Shown piece by piece: positions 8,684 to 19,276 of a DNA stretch of 64,000 bases (position 1 is its first letter; each line of letters begins with the position of its first letter). The notes below the pieces were generated by a model. It saw only the letters and a list, made by a program, of their open reading frames with translations. It made no database searches and was not told the DNA's origin. Position numbers and translations under genes: made by a program. This DNA comes from an uncultured Mageeibacillus sp. (lineage in GTDB: Bacteria; Bacillota; Clostridia; Saccharofermentanales; UBA5734). The stretch spans positions 3,523 through 67,522 of the forward strand of contig CAZGSR010000004.1 in assembly GCA_964528645.1 (NCBI GenBank), given 5' to 3'.

Positions 8684-10681
8684 TCACCAAGTTTCCAGCT
8701 CTGTCCGGATTTCCGTGGCCCCTGCCTGCAAGATGCCGCCATAGGCCAGGAGCTGGTCGCCGTTGGAACTCCAGGGGACTGGGACTGGATGGGGGCTGCG
8801 GTTAATCGCGACGCGCACACGCTCGGGGCCTTCGACAAAATGGCCGAAAGCATCTCGCCCGAGGTCGAGGAAGCGTTCGATCACCACAACCGCGTCACTG
8901 TCATAAGTCAGACGCACATGGCCTGTCTGCAGCACGGGCCATTGCTTGCGCAGCTGGCCCAGCTTCCGGAACCAGTCGACCAAGGTACGCTCTTCCCTGC
9001 CCCAGGGATACGTCCGGCGGTTGAAGGGGTCTCGATAACCCTCCAGACCGGCCTCATCGCCATAGTAGATTGCCGCCATGCCGGGAAATGCGATCTGGAA
9101 CAGAAAACACAGGCGCAGCAGAGCCAGACCGCGCTGGCGGGCGGGCGGAGACAGTAAGGTCCTGGCCTGGAGTTCACGGCTGCCTGGATCAGGCAGGCCA
9201 GCCAGGACGGTGATTGCCCGCGGAATGTCATGGCTGGAAATCAGGTTCATCCCGGCATAGAAAGACGCCAGTGGGTAGCTTTCGCGGATCGATTCGAGCT
9301 GATTGACCAGGACATGGCTGGACAGGTGGTGGGTGAACCAGTCCAGCAGGGCTTTCTGGAACGGATAGCCCATGATGCTGTCATGGGTGCGCCCAAAAAG
9401 GAAATCACGGTAGGTGCCATAACTGATCTTGTGGCTGGCATTCTCCCAGACTTCACCCAAGACTGCTACGTCTGGACGCTCCTTGCGCATGGTGCGGCGA
9501 ATTTCGCGCAGGAAATGGTCGGGCAGTTCATCGGAGACATCGAGCCTGAAGCCACTGACACCACGACGCAGCCAGGTCCGCAGGACGCCGTTTTCACCAC
9601 AGATGTATTCGATGAAACTCAAGTCATGCTCTTTGACATTCGGCAGATCAGGGAACCCCCACCAGGAGTCGTAGAACAGATCCTCACCCTTGCGATGGAA
9701 GGTGTACCAGTCCGTGAAAGGGGACAGACCCTGGCCAGTCATTTCCTGGTAAGCACCGTTTCCCGGATAGCGGGCGAATCGGTTGAAATAGCGACTGTCT
9801 GCTCCAGTATGGCTGAAAACACCATCGAGGATGACATGGATCCCGCGCGCTCTGGCAGCACGGCAAAGTGCCATCAGGTCCGCATTCGTCCCCAGCAAGG
9901 GATCGACATGCTCATAGTCTCCCGTGTCGTAGCGATGATTGGAACGCGCCTCGAAAATGGGATTGAGGTACAGGACCGTAACCCCCAGCTGCTCGATGTA
10001 ATCGAGCTTTTCTGTGATCCCAGCGAGTGAACCACCATAAAAGTCGCAGGCCAGGTATCCGGTTTCGGGCCGGCCCTGATAGTCGACCTCATCCTGCCAC
10101 TGATCATGGAAGAGTCGCTCGGGCCGTTTCAGGGCAGCTTTGTCAAATCGCTCCGGGGAGAAGTCGCGATCGCGGTTGAACCGGTCGGGAAAGATCTGGT
10201 AAATGACAGATCCGATCATCCAGGATGGAACGGCGAAATCCGGATCGTAAATTGTGATCTGGAAAGGGCTGGGATGATGGGCGTCACCGGGCTGATAGTG
10301 TGGATGATGGTGGCTGATCCAGCCGCTGCCATCGCCATACAGGTCACACGTATAGTAGGCTCTGTTCTCCCCGCTCTGGATCTCGAACCAATAGAAAAAC
10401 AACCCAGGTTCAGACGGCAAGGTCACCGAGGCCTCATAGTCGACCGTGATATCTGACTCCAGAGTCCCCGGCAGCGCTGGCTGTTGCCGGACATCCATGC
10501 GCTGGCGGCTCTCCTGGAACTGGTACAGGCCGTAGGCATAGCAAAGATAAACCCCGGTCACCGCCTGGACTTCGTCCGGTGTGTGGCTGATGCTGATCGC
10601 CAGGGTGACCAAAGAATGAGCCGGTAGAGCGCCATAGGGATGGCGATACCGGCTCTGGCGACTTTGGTGAAATGCTTTCAT
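8684..10681 (-). CDS. Glycoside hydrolase family 13 enzyme (neopullulanase/cyclomaltodextrinase-like alpha-glucosidase), last enzyme of the glg operon
   Basis: GH13 regions are present: VILDGVFSHTG, GFRLDVSDELP, LGEVWEN, LISSHD. Confidence 0.85.
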   Translation of the reverse strand: MKAFHQSRQSRYRHPYGALPAHSLVTLAISISHTPDEVQAVTGVYLCYAYGLYQFQESRQRMDVRQQPALPGTLESDITVDYEASVTLPSEPGLFFYWFEIQSGENRAYYTCDLYGDGSGWISHHHPHYQPGDAHHPSPFQITIYDPDFAVPSWMIGSVIYQIFPDRFNRDRDFSPERFDKAALKRPERLFHDQWQDEVDYQGRPETGYLACDFYGGSLAGITEKLDYIEQLGVTVLYLNPIFEARSNHRYDTGDYEHVDPLLGTNADLMALCRAARARGIHVILDGVFSHTGADSRYFNRFARYPGNGAYQEMTGQGLSPFTDWYTFHRKGEDLFYDSWWGFPDLPNVKEHDLSFIEYICGENGVLRTWLRRGVSGFRLDVSDELPDHFLREIRRTMRKERPDVAVLGEVWENASHKISYGTYRDFLFGRTHDSIMGYPFQKALLDWFTHHLSSHVLVNQLESIRESYPLASFYAGMNLISSHDIPRAITVLAGLPDPGSRELQARTLLSPPARQRGLALLRLCFLFQIAFPGMAAIYYGDEAGLEGYRDPFNRRTYPWGREERTLVDWFRKLGQLRKQWPVLQTGHVRLTYDSDAVVVIERFLDLGRDAFGHFVEGPERVRVAINRSPHPVPVPWSSNGDQLLAYGGILQAGATEIRTELETW

Positions 10682-10690
10682 AGCGACGGC

Positions 10691-12139
10691 TTAGCCCTGG
10701 GCCAGCACAGTTTCGAACAAATCCTTGTACTGCTGGGCGGATTTGTCCCAGGAGTAGTCACCCTTCATGGCATTATCTACCAGCTGGGCCCAGGACTGGG
10801 GATTCTCGCGGTAGATCTTGGCTGCTTCTTTGGTCAGGAACAGGAAGTCGTGGGCATTGATATTGGGGAATGAGAACCCATTGCCCTCGCCCGTCTCGAC
10901 ATTGAACGGGGTGACGGTGTCTTTTAGCCCACCGGTGGCGCGGACAACTGGGATGGTACCATAGCGCATCGAGATCATCTGCGACAGGCCACAGGGTTCG
11001 AACAGCGAGGGCATCAGGAACATATCTGCGCCGGCATACATGCGGTGCGACAGGGCCTGGTCGAATTCCAGCCGGACGGTCAGGCGGCCGCCGCGGAAAG
11101 CGCCCATATGCCAGAAGCGATGTTCGTACTCGGGATCGCCTGTACCGAGGATGACGACCTGGATACCATCATCGAGCATCTCGTCCAGGACGCGCAGGAG
11201 CAAGTCGACACCTTTCTGGTCTACCAGGCGGGAGATCATGACTGCCAGCGGGATGTCCGGATCAATGGTCAGGCCCATTTCTTTCTGCAGGGCTTCTTTG
11301 CATTCAGCCTTACCTTCACCCCAGGTGTTGCGATCATAATGGGCTGCAATATATTTGTCTGTGGCGGGATCGTATGAGTCGACATCGATCCCGTTCAGAA
11401 TCCCGCTGACCTTGTAGGCCATGCTCTGCAACAGCCAGTTAAGGCCTTCGCCAAAATATTCGGTCATGATTTCACCGGCATAGGTCGGTGAAACCGTGGT
11501 CACGCGGTCGGCATAGACAATGCCTGCCTTCATGAAGTTCGGTACACCATCCTTGAGCACACCATACTCGGACATGATCCGGTCTGGCAGCTCCATCATG
11601 TCAGCGATCATGTCATAGCTGTGGATGCCCTGGTATTTGAGATTGTGGATCGTGTAGACCGTCTTCATCTGGTTGAACTTGCCGTAGGGACGGTAGTGGG
11701 CTTCCATCAGGGCCGGGATCATGCCAGCCTGCCAGTCGTTCAGGTGCAGGATATCCGGCTCGAAATCCATCGGTTCACCGATGACCTCGAGTACGGCACG
11801 CTGGAAAAAGCTGAAGCGCTCGACGTCAAAGGTATACTCAATGTAGAGCTGGCTGTGGCCGAAATAATACTCATTGTCGATGAAATAAATCGGCACCTCA
11901 TTGAAATCCATGCGGTAAACGCCACAATACAACGTCCGCCAGCCCATGCGGACCATTTTCCAGCCCAGGAAGTCGAGCTTGTCAGTGTATTTGTCCTTGA
12001 TCTGCTTGTACATGGGCAGGATACAGCGAATGTCGACGCCAATCTTGCGCAGGCGCTGTGGCAGGGCACCGGCAACGTCGCCCAGGCCGCCGGCCTTGGC
12101 CAGTGGTGCCAGTTCGGATGTGACGAGCAGGACTTTCAA
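10691..12139 (-). CDS. glgA: Glycogen synthase (ADP-glucose type)
   Basis: MKVLLVTSELAPLAKAGGLGDVAGALP is the classic GlgA N-terminus. The gene overlaps the glgD stop. Confidence 0.9.
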   Translation of the reverse strand: MKVLLVTSELAPLAKAGGLGDVAGALPQRLRKIGVDIRCILPMYKQIKDKYTDKLDFLGWKMVRMGWRTLYCGVYRMDFNEVPIYFIDNEYYFGHSQLYIEYTFDVERFSFFQRAVLEVIGEPMDFEPDILHLNDWQAGMIPALMEAHYRPYGKFNQMKTVYTIHNLKYQGIHSYDMIADMMELPDRIMSEYGVLKDGVPNFMKAGIVYADRVTTVSPTYAGEIMTEYFGEGLNWLLQSMAYKVSGILNGIDVDSYDPATDKYIAAHYDRNTWGEGKAECKEALQKEMGLTIDPDIPLAVMISRLVDQKGVDLLLRVLDEMLDDGIQVVILGTGDPEYEHRFWHMGAFRGGRLTVRLEFDQALSHRMYAGADMFLMPSLFEPCGLSQMISMRYGTIPVVRATGGLKDTVTPFNVETGEGNGFSFPNINAHDFLFLTKEAAKIYRENPQSWAQLVDNAMKGDYSWDKSAQQYKDLFETVLAQG

Positions 12140-13266
12140 ACGATCGCCTTCTTTCCGATGACGACCGGGTAGTCTGCCTGGCCGAGCAGTTTAATGCCGG
12201 GGCGGATAACACATTGCTTGTCTATGATGACATTTTCCAGGATGACACCCTCGGAGACATAGACATCCTGCATGATGATGCTGTTCTTGATCACGGCATG
12301 GCGGGAGATGGTCGCCCCGCGGAAGACCATGCTGTTGGTCACGCTGCCCAGGATGCGACAACCGTCAGAAATAACGCTGTTGCTGACCTCGTTATTCTCA
12401 TCGTAAAGGCTCGGGGCTTCGTCCTTGACCTTGGTATAGACTGGCAGGTCGGGATTGAAGATCTCCTCGCGGATGTCGTCTTCGAGCATTTTCATCGTGG
12501 CATTGAAATAGGTAGCCACGGAATTGATCCGCAGCACCAGTCCCTTGTACTCCATACCACGAATCTTGAACTGATCATAGCGGCGCAGAAGCTTCTCGAT
12601 TGAGAAATCGGTTTCGCTCCGGGCGATCATTTCGCTGACCAGGTCGAGCAGCAGCTCGCGATTGATCACCATGACGCCCATCGAGCAGCGGGTGCTGGAT
12701 GGTTTGGCCGGATTCATCATCATGTCCTGCACCAGACCCTTGCGGTCGATGTCCAGGATGACACTGGGGGAACCATAGCGGATGCCGTCGCGATTGTACA
12801 TGACTGTCATATCTGCACCGCTGTCTTCGTGACGGGCGACCAGCTCAACAAAGGTCGAGTTGAAGATGACATTGGGATTGGCCAGGATGACGTATTTGTG
12901 GGCATCTGCCTGCAAGAAATCCAGAAGGCCGACGAGGTCGTCGCCCTCGATGTTCGAATCGGTATTGGATGAATTGATGTAAGGCGGCAGGATCTGCAAG
13001 CCTTGTTTCTTGCGGTCGAGATCCCACGAGCTGCCGGTGCCCAGATGGTCCATCAGGGATTTGTATTTGTTCATCGCCGTGATTCCGACATTGGTGATGC
13101 CGGAATTGACCATGTTGGAAAGCATGAAATCGATGATGCGATAGCGGCCGGCAAACGGCATGGCGGCCAGGGCACGGGGGCGGGATAATTCCCCAAGGTG
13201 AATTTTTTTGTTGTCGGCCAGTATCAGGCCCATTGCATTGATAAACATACGGGTTGCCTCCTTCAA
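12136..13266 (-). CDS. glgD: Glucose-1-phosphate adenylyltransferase, GlgD subunit
   Basis: GLILADN...LAAMPFAGRYRIIDFMLSNMVNSGI is a GlgC paralogue lacking the GGxGxR loop. It sits between glgC and glgA, as in Firmicutes. Confidence 0.85.
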   Translation of the reverse strand: MKEATRMFINAMGLILADNKKIHLGELSRPRALAAMPFAGRYRIIDFMLSNMVNSGITNVGITAMNKYKSLMDHLGTGSSWDLDRKKQGLQILPPYINSSNTDSNIEGDDLVGLLDFLQADAHKYVILANPNVIFNSTFVELVARHEDSGADMTVMYNRDGIRYGSPSVILDIDRKGLVQDMMMNPAKPSSTRCSMGVMVINRELLLDLVSEMIARSETDFSIEKLLRRYDQFKIRGMEYKGLVLRINSVATYFNATMKMLEDDIREEIFNPDLPVYTKVKDEAPSLYDENNEVSNSVISDGCRILGSVTNSMVFRGATISRHAVIKNSIIMQDVYVSEGVILENVIIDKQCVIRPGIKLLGQADYPVVIGKKAIV

Positions 13267-13272
13267 GTGCGG

Positions 13273-14535
13273 TTATCCGTGGACCCGGAACGAGTATTCG
13301 ATGTACTCGTCCGAATCCTGGTCATCCTGGTGTTCGATCATGCAGTTGCCAGGAATGGTGGCTTCGTCACGGATCTTGAGCCCGCGCTCGAAAACGGTGA
13401 TGCCATTGGAACAGAGCTTGGTATTGGTGTATTTGCACTCGCCTTCGATGCTGGCACCGACCCGGGCGTTCTTGCCGATGATGGTTCCCATGCCGACGAT
13501 GCATTTGTCAACGAGAGCCCCTGCCTGGACTGTAACGCCCGGCATCAGGATCGAGTCCCGCACGATCGCGCCTTTTTCCACCACGACGCTGTTGGACAGG
13601 ACGGAGTGTTCAACCGTGCCATAGATGCTGCAACCGTCGGTCAGGGCGCTGTTGATCACCCGGGCACCCTTGGCGATGTAATGGGCTGGTTTGACCGGAT
13701 TGCGGCTGTAGATCTTCCAGGAGCGGTCCATCAGGTTGATCTCCTCAGGCTGGTCGAGGATGTCCATGTTGGCTTCCCAGAGACTGTCGATCGTGCCGAC
13801 GTCTTTCCAATAGCCTGAGAAGCGGTAAGCGATCAATTTCTGGCCTTCGGCGAGCATGTTGGGGATGATGTTCTTGCCAAAGTCATGGTTGGAATCGCTG
13901 CGGGCTTCGTCTTCGACCAGCATCCGGCGCAGGGTGTCCCATTTGAAGACATAGACGCCCATCGAGGCGAGGTTGCTCTTCGGCTGCTTGGGCTTTTCTT
14001 CAAACTCAACGACAACGTTATTGGCATCGGTATTCATGATGCCAAAGCGGCTGGCTTCCTCCCACGGGACTTCGAAGACTGCAATGGTTGCGTCCGCATT
14101 CTCCCGGATATGGGACAGGATCATCTTGGCATAGTTCATCTTGTAGATGTGGTCACCGGACAGGATGACCACGTGTTTCGGATCATAGCTGTCGATGAAT
14201 TCACAGTTCTGGTAGATGGCATTGGCTGTGCCTTTGTACCAGTCGCTCCGGGCGCTGCTCTGGTACGGTGGCAGGATGTAGGCACCGCCATTGTTGCGGT
14301 CGAGGTCCCACGGGTGGCCGTTGCCGATGTAGGTGTTCAATGCCAGAGGCTGGTATTGGGTCAGGACACCGACAGTTTCGATCCCAGAGTTGATGCAGTT
14401 GCTCAATGGGAAGTCAATGATCCGGTAACGACTGCCGAACGGAACGGCCGGCTTAGCCAGGTACTTGGTCAGAGTTCCAAGTCGTGAGCCTTGCCCACCT
14501 GCGAGTATCATCGCGATTACTTCTTGTCTTGCCAC
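13273..14535 (-). CDS. glgC: Glucose-1-phosphate adenylyltransferase
   Basis: [43 protein letters not shown]. Confidence 0.9.
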   Translation of the reverse strand: MARQEVIAMILAGGQGSRLGTLTKYLAKPAVPFGSRYRIIDFPLSNCINSGIETVGVLTQYQPLALNTYIGNGHPWDLDRNNGGAYILPPYQSSARSDWYKGTANAIYQNCEFIDSYDPKHVVILSGDHIYKMNYAKMILSHIRENADATIAVFEVPWEEASRFGIMNTDANNVVVEFEEKPKQPKSNLASMGVYVFKWDTLRRMLVEDEARSDSNHDFGKNIIPNMLAEGQKLIAYRFSGYWKDVGTIDSLWEANMDILDQPEEINLMDRSWKIYSRNPVKPAHYIAKGARVINSALTDGCSIYGTVEHSVLSNSVVVEKGAIVRDSILMPGVTVQAGALVDKCIVGMGTIIGKNARVGASIEGECKYTNTKLCSNGITVFERGLKIRDEATIPGNCMIEHQDDQDSDEYIEYSFRVHG

Positions 14536-14582
14536 AAAAATCCCTCCTAAATTAAACGGTCTATCGTAGAATAATCATCTGT

Positions 14583-16463
14583 CTATAGCTGGAACTCGAG
14601 CAACAGTCCGCACAGGGGCGGGATCTGGACTTCGAGGCTCTGCTCCTGTCCATGGCTGGCTTCGGCAATCGTGGTAAATGTGCCATTCTGGCCGCCACAG
14701 TCGTAGTCACTGCCGCCAAAGCCAGCGGAGTCGGAATTGAGCAAGATCTTGTAAGTGCCTGGGCGGGGAACGCCAAAGCGATAGTGCGGCAGCGGATTGG
14801 GGGTGAGGTTGATGACCGTCACCACCAGCTTGTCCTCGGCCAGGGCTTTGCGAGCGAAAATGTAGACACTGTTGTCAGCATCATCAGCACTGATCCACTC
14901 GAAACCACTCCAGTCGTGGTCATCGGCCCAGAAGGCTGGCTGATCCAGATAAACATGGTTCAGTGTGCGGACAAACTGCTGCATCAGTCGGTGATTCTCA
15001 TACTCGAGCAGGAACCACTCCAGTTGCTCATAGAAGCGCCATTCGATGAACTGGCCGAATTCGCCTCCCATGAACATCAGTTTGCCGCCGGGATGGCTCA
15101 TGTAATAGGCGTACAAAGCCCGGAGATTAGCGAACTTTTTCCACAGGTCGCCGGGCATGCGGTCCAGAAGGGATCGTTTGCCATGGACGACTTCGTCATG
15201 GGAAAACGGTAAGATAAATCGCTCGGAAAAGGCGTACATCAGGGAGAAAGACAGCTGGTTCTGGTGCCATTTGCGGTATACGTAGTCCCGGCCCATATAG
15301 TCGAGTGTGTCATGCATCCAACCCATGTTCCACTTGTGGGTAAAGCCAAGGCCACCATTCTCCGGGCTCTCGGTGACATGCGGCCAGGCGGTGGATTCCT
15401 CGGCGACCATCAGGACGCCGGGCATCTGGGCCCGGATCGTACCATTCAGATGGCGCAGGAAATCGATCGCCTCGATGTTCTCAGTGCCTCCGTAGACATT
15501 GGGCACATATTCGGTCCTGCCATAATTGCGGTAAAGCATGCTGCTCACGGCGTCGACACGCAGTCCATCGATGTGGAACTCGCGCAGCCAGAAAAAGGCA
15601 TTGGAAACCAGGAAAGAGACGACTTCCTTTTTCGAGAAGTCGAACACGAGGGTCCCCCACTCCATATGCTCACCCATGCGGACATCGGCATACTCGAACA
15701 AGGGGGTTCCGTCGAATTTCGCCAGGCCGAACGCATCCCGTGGGAAATGGGCCGGAACCCAGTCCAGGATGACCCGGATCCCCTTCTGGTGCAGGTGGTC
15801 GATCAGGAATTTAAAATCGGCAGGGGTACCGAAACGGCTGGTGACGCTGTAGTAGCCGGTCACCTGGTAGCCCCAGGACGCATCGAGCGGATGCTCGCTG
15901 ATCGGCATCAGCTCGACAGTGTTATAGCCCATATCAAGGACATAATCAGCCAGCTCCAGGGCAATCTCGCGATAGGTCAGGAAACTGCCGTCCTCGTGGC
16001 AACGCCAGGAACCGAGATGGACTTCGTAGATATTGAGCGGGAAATCAGACAAAGCCGGGGGGCGGCTGTCCAGCCACGAATCGTCGTGCCAGCTATAGTC
16101 ATCCGGATCGTACAGGACAGAGGCTGTATTGGGTCTGAGCTCGCTCCAGCGGGCAAAGGGGTCTGCCTTGAGTTCGGTATGACCATAAGGGGTGGTGATG
16201 GCATATTTGTACAGGTCGCCGTCCCTGGCTCCTGGGACGAAACCTGTCCAGATTCCCGTGGTCCCCAGACGCTCCATCGGATGCGTTTTGACATTCCATT
16301 CATTGAACGTGCCAGCGATGGCCACCTGGCGGGCATGGGGGGCCCAGACAGCAAAGCGGTAGCCTGACTCACCCTCGACGTCGGGGGCAGGAAAAGCGCC
16401 TAGTAGATTGTAGCTCATGTAATCGAGACCATTGTTGAACAAGAACGCTTGATCCATACTCAC
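14583..16463 (-). CDS. glgB: 1,4-alpha-glucan branching enzyme
   Basis: 626 aa with a GH13_9 pattern (DWVPAHF, GLRVDAV, MVAEEST, SHDEV). Confidence 0.9.
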   Translation of the reverse strand: MSMDQAFLFNNGLDYMSYNLLGAFPAPDVEGESGYRFAVWAPHARQVAIAGTFNEWNVKTHPMERLGTTGIWTGFVPGARDGDLYKYAITTPYGHTELKADPFARWSELRPNTASVLYDPDDYSWHDDSWLDSRPPALSDFPLNIYEVHLGSWRCHEDGSFLTYREIALELADYVLDMGYNTVELMPISEHPLDASWGYQVTGYYSVTSRFGTPADFKFLIDHLHQKGIRVILDWVPAHFPRDAFGLAKFDGTPLFEYADVRMGEHMEWGTLVFDFSKKEVVSFLVSNAFFWLREFHIDGLRVDAVSSMLYRNYGRTEYVPNVYGGTENIEAIDFLRHLNGTIRAQMPGVLMVAEESTAWPHVTESPENGGLGFTHKWNMGWMHDTLDYMGRDYVYRKWHQNQLSFSLMYAFSERFILPFSHDEVVHGKRSLLDRMPGDLWKKFANLRALYAYYMSHPGGKLMFMGGEFGQFIEWRFYEQLEWFLLEYENHRLMQQFVRTLNHVYLDQPAFWADDHDWSGFEWISADDADNSVYIFARKALAEDKLVVTVINLTPNPLPHYRFGVPRPGTYKILLNSDSAGFGGSDYDCGGQNGTFTTIAEASHGQEQSLEVQIPPLCGLLLEFQL

Positions 16464-16493
16464 ACCTGCTTTGCACGAGATTCAGTTAAAATC

Positions 16494-16521
16494 ATTATAC
16501 CGTATTTGTGATGCTGCACAA
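16494..16521 (-). promoter_or_regulatory. Candidate sigma-A promoter of the glg operon (TTGTGC-16-TATAAT)
   Basis: The minus strand reads cTTGTGCagcatcacaaatacggTATAATg, about 30 nt upstream of the glgB start. Confidence 0.4.
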
Positions 16522-16526
16522 GAAAT

Positions 16527-16556
16527 AAAAGGTGGCTGCCACCACCTTTTATCTGA
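16527..16556 (-). terminator. Intrinsic terminator after the oxidoreductase operon (stem AAAAGGTGG / CCACCTTTT)
   Basis: A 9-bp stem with a 6-nt loop is flanked by A and T runs on both sides, so it could work in both directions. Confidence 0.55.
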
Positions 16557-16594
16557 TTCTTACAATTAATTGCGTCATTATTTAGCTATTTCGG

Positions 16595-17140
16595 TCAAGT
16601 AGACTCCTGAAAAGCTGCGCCAGTGTCAAAAGCTGCCATTTCCTGCGGAATCAGGTGGTGGTGGCGAGCGGGCAATGCATCAGCCAGGGACTTTTCGAAA
16701 GAGTCGCGGGTGAAGCAGCCTGTCTGGTTCTGGAGGCAGCCGAGCAAGTAGATGATGGCAAAGGTGATATTGCCAGCCTCGACTGCCAATGTGGATGCAG
16801 GGATCTGGAACACACGGACATCCCGGCGCGCCGGGACGTTCAGGACGAGGGAGCTGTCCATGATCACCAGTCCGCCGGGCTTGACGTGGCCAATGAAACG
16901 GTCGAGCGAGGGGCCATTCATGACGATCAGGACATCGGCTTCATTGATGACAGGAGATCCGATCGGTTCATCGGAAATGACCACGCTGCAGTTGGCGGTG
17001 CCGCCACGCATTTCCGGTCCGTAGGACGGGAACCAGGAAACTTCACGATTCTCCATCAGGGCTGCCGTGGCGATGAACTTGCCTCCGGACAAAATGCCCT
17101 GTCCGCCAAATCCGGCAATGATCACGGAAAAATCGATCAT
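16595..17140 (-). CDS. 2-oxoacid:ferredoxin oxidoreductase, gamma subunit
   Basis: IAGFGGQGILSGGKFIATAA...SYGPEMRGGTANCSVVIS. Confidence 0.85.
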   Translation of the reverse strand: MIDFSVIIAGFGGQGILSGGKFIATAALMENREVSWFPSYGPEMRGGTANCSVVISDEPIGSPVINEADVLIVMNGPSLDRFIGHVKPGGLVIMDSSLVLNVPARRDVRVFQIPASTLAVEAGNITFAIIYLLGCLQNQTGCFTRDSFEKSLADALPARHHHLIPQEMAAFDTGAAFQEST

Positions 17141-17142
17141 GG

Positions 17143-17889
17143 TCAGACCTCCAGTTCTTGCCCGCGATACACACCGAGCGGGTATTGTTTGAACATCGCA
17201 TCTTCCATCCAGCGCAATGAAGAAACCGGATCTTTGCCCCAGTTGGTCGGACAGGTCGAGAGGATTTCGACCATGGAAAAGCCCAATCCTTCCTGCTGGA
17301 CCCGGAAAGCCTTGCGGATGGCTTTCTTGGCCTTGTTGATATGGGCAAAATCATTGACTGCGACGCGTTCCACGTAGACGGCCCCGCGCAAAGTCGCGAT
17401 CATCTCGCTGACATTGATTGGAAATCCTTCAAATTCAGGTCGGCGGCCAAACGGCGAGGTCGTTGTCACCTGGCCAACCAGGGTCGTCGGGGCCATCTGG
17501 CCGGACGTCATGCCATAGATGGCGTTATTGACAAAAAAGGTGGAGATTTTTTCACCACGGGCGGCCGCATGGACGATCTCAGCTGCACCAATGGCAGCCA
17601 GATCGCCATCGCCCTGATAGGTGAAAACCATGTTGTCCGGATGGACGCGCTTGATCGCTGTGCCGACGGCCGGTGCCCGGCCATGGGCCGCCTGAATCAT
17701 GTCGCAGGCGAAATATTCATAGTTGTTATAGGTGCATCCGACCGGTGACACGCCAACGGTGGTGTCCAGGATATTCATCTCGACCATGACTTCGGCGATC
17801 AGGCGGTGGATGATGCCATGGGTGCAACCGGGGCAGTAATGGAAGGGCTTGTCTGTCAAGCCGGTGGTGCGGGTAAAGACTGGTTTCAT
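17143..17889 (-). CDS. 2-oxoacid:ferredoxin oxidoreductase, beta (TPP-binding) subunit
   Basis: HYCPGCTHGIIHRLI...GDGDLAAIG...NNAIYGMTSGQ. Confidence 0.85.
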   Translation of the reverse strand: MKPVFTRTTGLTDKPFHYCPGCTHGIIHRLIAEVMVEMNILDTTVGVSPVGCTYNNYEYFACDMIQAAHGRAPAVGTAIKRVHPDNMVFTYQGDGDLAAIGAAEIVHAAARGEKISTFFVNNAIYGMTSGQMAPTTLVGQVTTTSPFGRRPEFEGFPINVSEMIATLRGAVYVERVAVNDFAHINKAKKAIRKAFRVQQEGLGFSMVEILSTCPTNWGKDPVSSLRWMEDAMFKQYPLGVYRGQELEV

Positions 17890-18959
17890 GTCGCGCTCCT
17901 CCCTGCCAGCTGGCGCACCAGCTCGAGGATTTCCTGCACAGTGGGCAGATTGCCGCCGGTGCGGCCGTGGAAATGGACGGGTTTGACGCCATTGACGGCA
18001 AGCCGGACATCCTCGACCATCTGGCCGCAGTTCAATTCAATATCTAGAAAGGCTTTGACCGATGGTTGCGCTGCGATGTCCGCGTACGTCTGGCTCGGAA
18101 AAGGCCACAAGGTGATCGGACGGACCAGTCCAACCTTGATCCCCTCTTTGGCTGCCTGGTGCATGACATTGCGGCAGATCCGGCTGGTCAGGCCAAACGC
18201 AGTCAGGACGACCTCGGCGTCGTCACAGTCGACGGTTTCAACGCGGGTCTCGCGGCGTGTGACGTCTGCATATTTGGCCTGGAGCTTGGCGTTAAACACC
18301 TCCATGACATCCGCTTCGATGTAGATGGACTGGATGGTGTTGTGTTCAGCACGGCCCTTGCGGCCAGTCAGAGCCCAGGGCTTTTCAACTTGTTCGATCG
18401 GTTCGGTTTCCCGGAAAGCCACTGGCTCCATCATCTGGCCCAGCGCACCGTCACCCAGGATCAGGGCCAGCATGCGGTAGCGGTCTGCCAGGTTGAAAGC
18501 CTCGACGGTCAGTTCATACAGTTCCTGGATGCTGGCCGGGGCCAGGACGATGTTGCGATAGTCACCATGGCCGCCGCCCTTGGTGGCCTGGAAGTAGTCA
18601 CCCTGGGCCGGCAGAATTCCACCCAGGCCGGGGCCGGAGCGGACCACATTGACCACGACGGCCGGCAGTTCAGCACCGGCGATGTAGGAGAACCCCTCCT
18701 GCTTGAGGCTGATGCCAGGACTGGAACTGGTCGTCATGACCCGGGCACCCGCAGCAGCTGCGCCATAGACCATGTTAATCGCAGCGACCTCACTTTCGGC
18801 CTGCAGCATGGTGCCACCGACCTCCGGCATACGCTTGGCCATGTAGTGCATAACCTCAGTCTGTGGCGTGATCGGATAACCAAAATAATGGCGGCAGCCC
18901 GCGCGGACAGCCGCTTCAGCAATGACTTCGTTCCCTTTCATCAGGACACGGCTTGACAT
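17886..18959 (-). CDS. 2-oxoacid:ferredoxin oxidoreductase, alpha subunit
   Basis: MSSRVLMKGNEVIAEAAVRAGCRHYFGYPITPQTE. The start is placed at Met 18959, which has AGGAGG upstream, rather than at the track start 19013. Confidence 0.85.
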   Translation of the reverse strand: MSSRVLMKGNEVIAEAAVRAGCRHYFGYPITPQTEVMHYMAKRMPEVGGTMLQAESEVAAINMVYGAAAAGARVMTTSSSPGISLKQEGFSYIAGAELPAVVVNVVRSGPGLGGILPAQGDYFQATKGGGHGDYRNIVLAPASIQELYELTVEAFNLADRYRMLALILGDGALGQMMEPVAFRETEPIEQVEKPWALTGRKGRAEHNTIQSIYIEADVMEVFNAKLQAKYADVTRRETRVETVDCDDAEVVLTAFGLTSRICRNVMHQAAKEGIKVGLVRPITLWPFPSQTYADIAAQPSVKAFLDIELNCGQMVEDVRLAVNGVKPVHFHGRTGGNLPTVQEILELVRQLAGRSAT

Positions 18960-18969
18960 GGCGTTCCTC

Positions 18970-19176
18970 CTAGCGATAAACGGTGATGACGACGTCCGGG
19001 CAGATGGTCGCACACAGCGTGCAGCCTGTGCACCGGTCCATGTCGACGATACCGGCCGGATGGAATCCCTTGCTGTTCAGCTTGTCCTTCTGCAGGGCGA
19101 TGATCTTCTGCGGGCAGACAGAAACACAAAGGCCGCAGCCTTTGCATCGTTCTTCAGTGAATTCGGTTCTGGGCAT
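18970..19176 (-). CDS. 2-oxoacid:ferredoxin oxidoreductase, delta subunit (2x[4Fe-4S] ferredoxin)
   Basis: Two cluster motifs are present, CKGCGLCVSVCP and CTGCTLCATICP. The start is placed at Met 19176, which has AAGGAG 6 nt upstream. The track start 19269 would read through the promoter. Confidence 0.8.
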   Translation of the reverse strand: MPRTEFTEERCKGCGLCVSVCPQKIIALQKDKLNSKGFHPAGIVDMDRCTGCTLCATICPDVVITVYR

Positions 19177-19240
19177 ACGGTCTCCTTGTAGCGGCGAAAG
19201 GCAGTGGGTAGATGAATGGTCTGTATACAATCTTTTTCTG

Positions 19241-19269
19241 ATTATAGGCTTTGTCCGAAAAAGCCGCAA
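19241..19269 (-). promoter_or_regulatory. Candidate sigma-A promoter of the oxidoreductase operon (TTGCGG-17-TATAAT)
   Basis: The minus strand reads cTTGCGGctttttcggacaaagccTATAATcag. Confidence 0.45.
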
Positions 19270-19276
19270 GCTTTAC

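Noticed and set aside
8684-16463. The glycogen operon as something unusual, with GH13 in place of glgP.
   Set aside because: glgBCDA followed by an alpha-glucan hydrolase or phosphorylase is a common Firmicutes arrangement, so this is ordinary metabolism.
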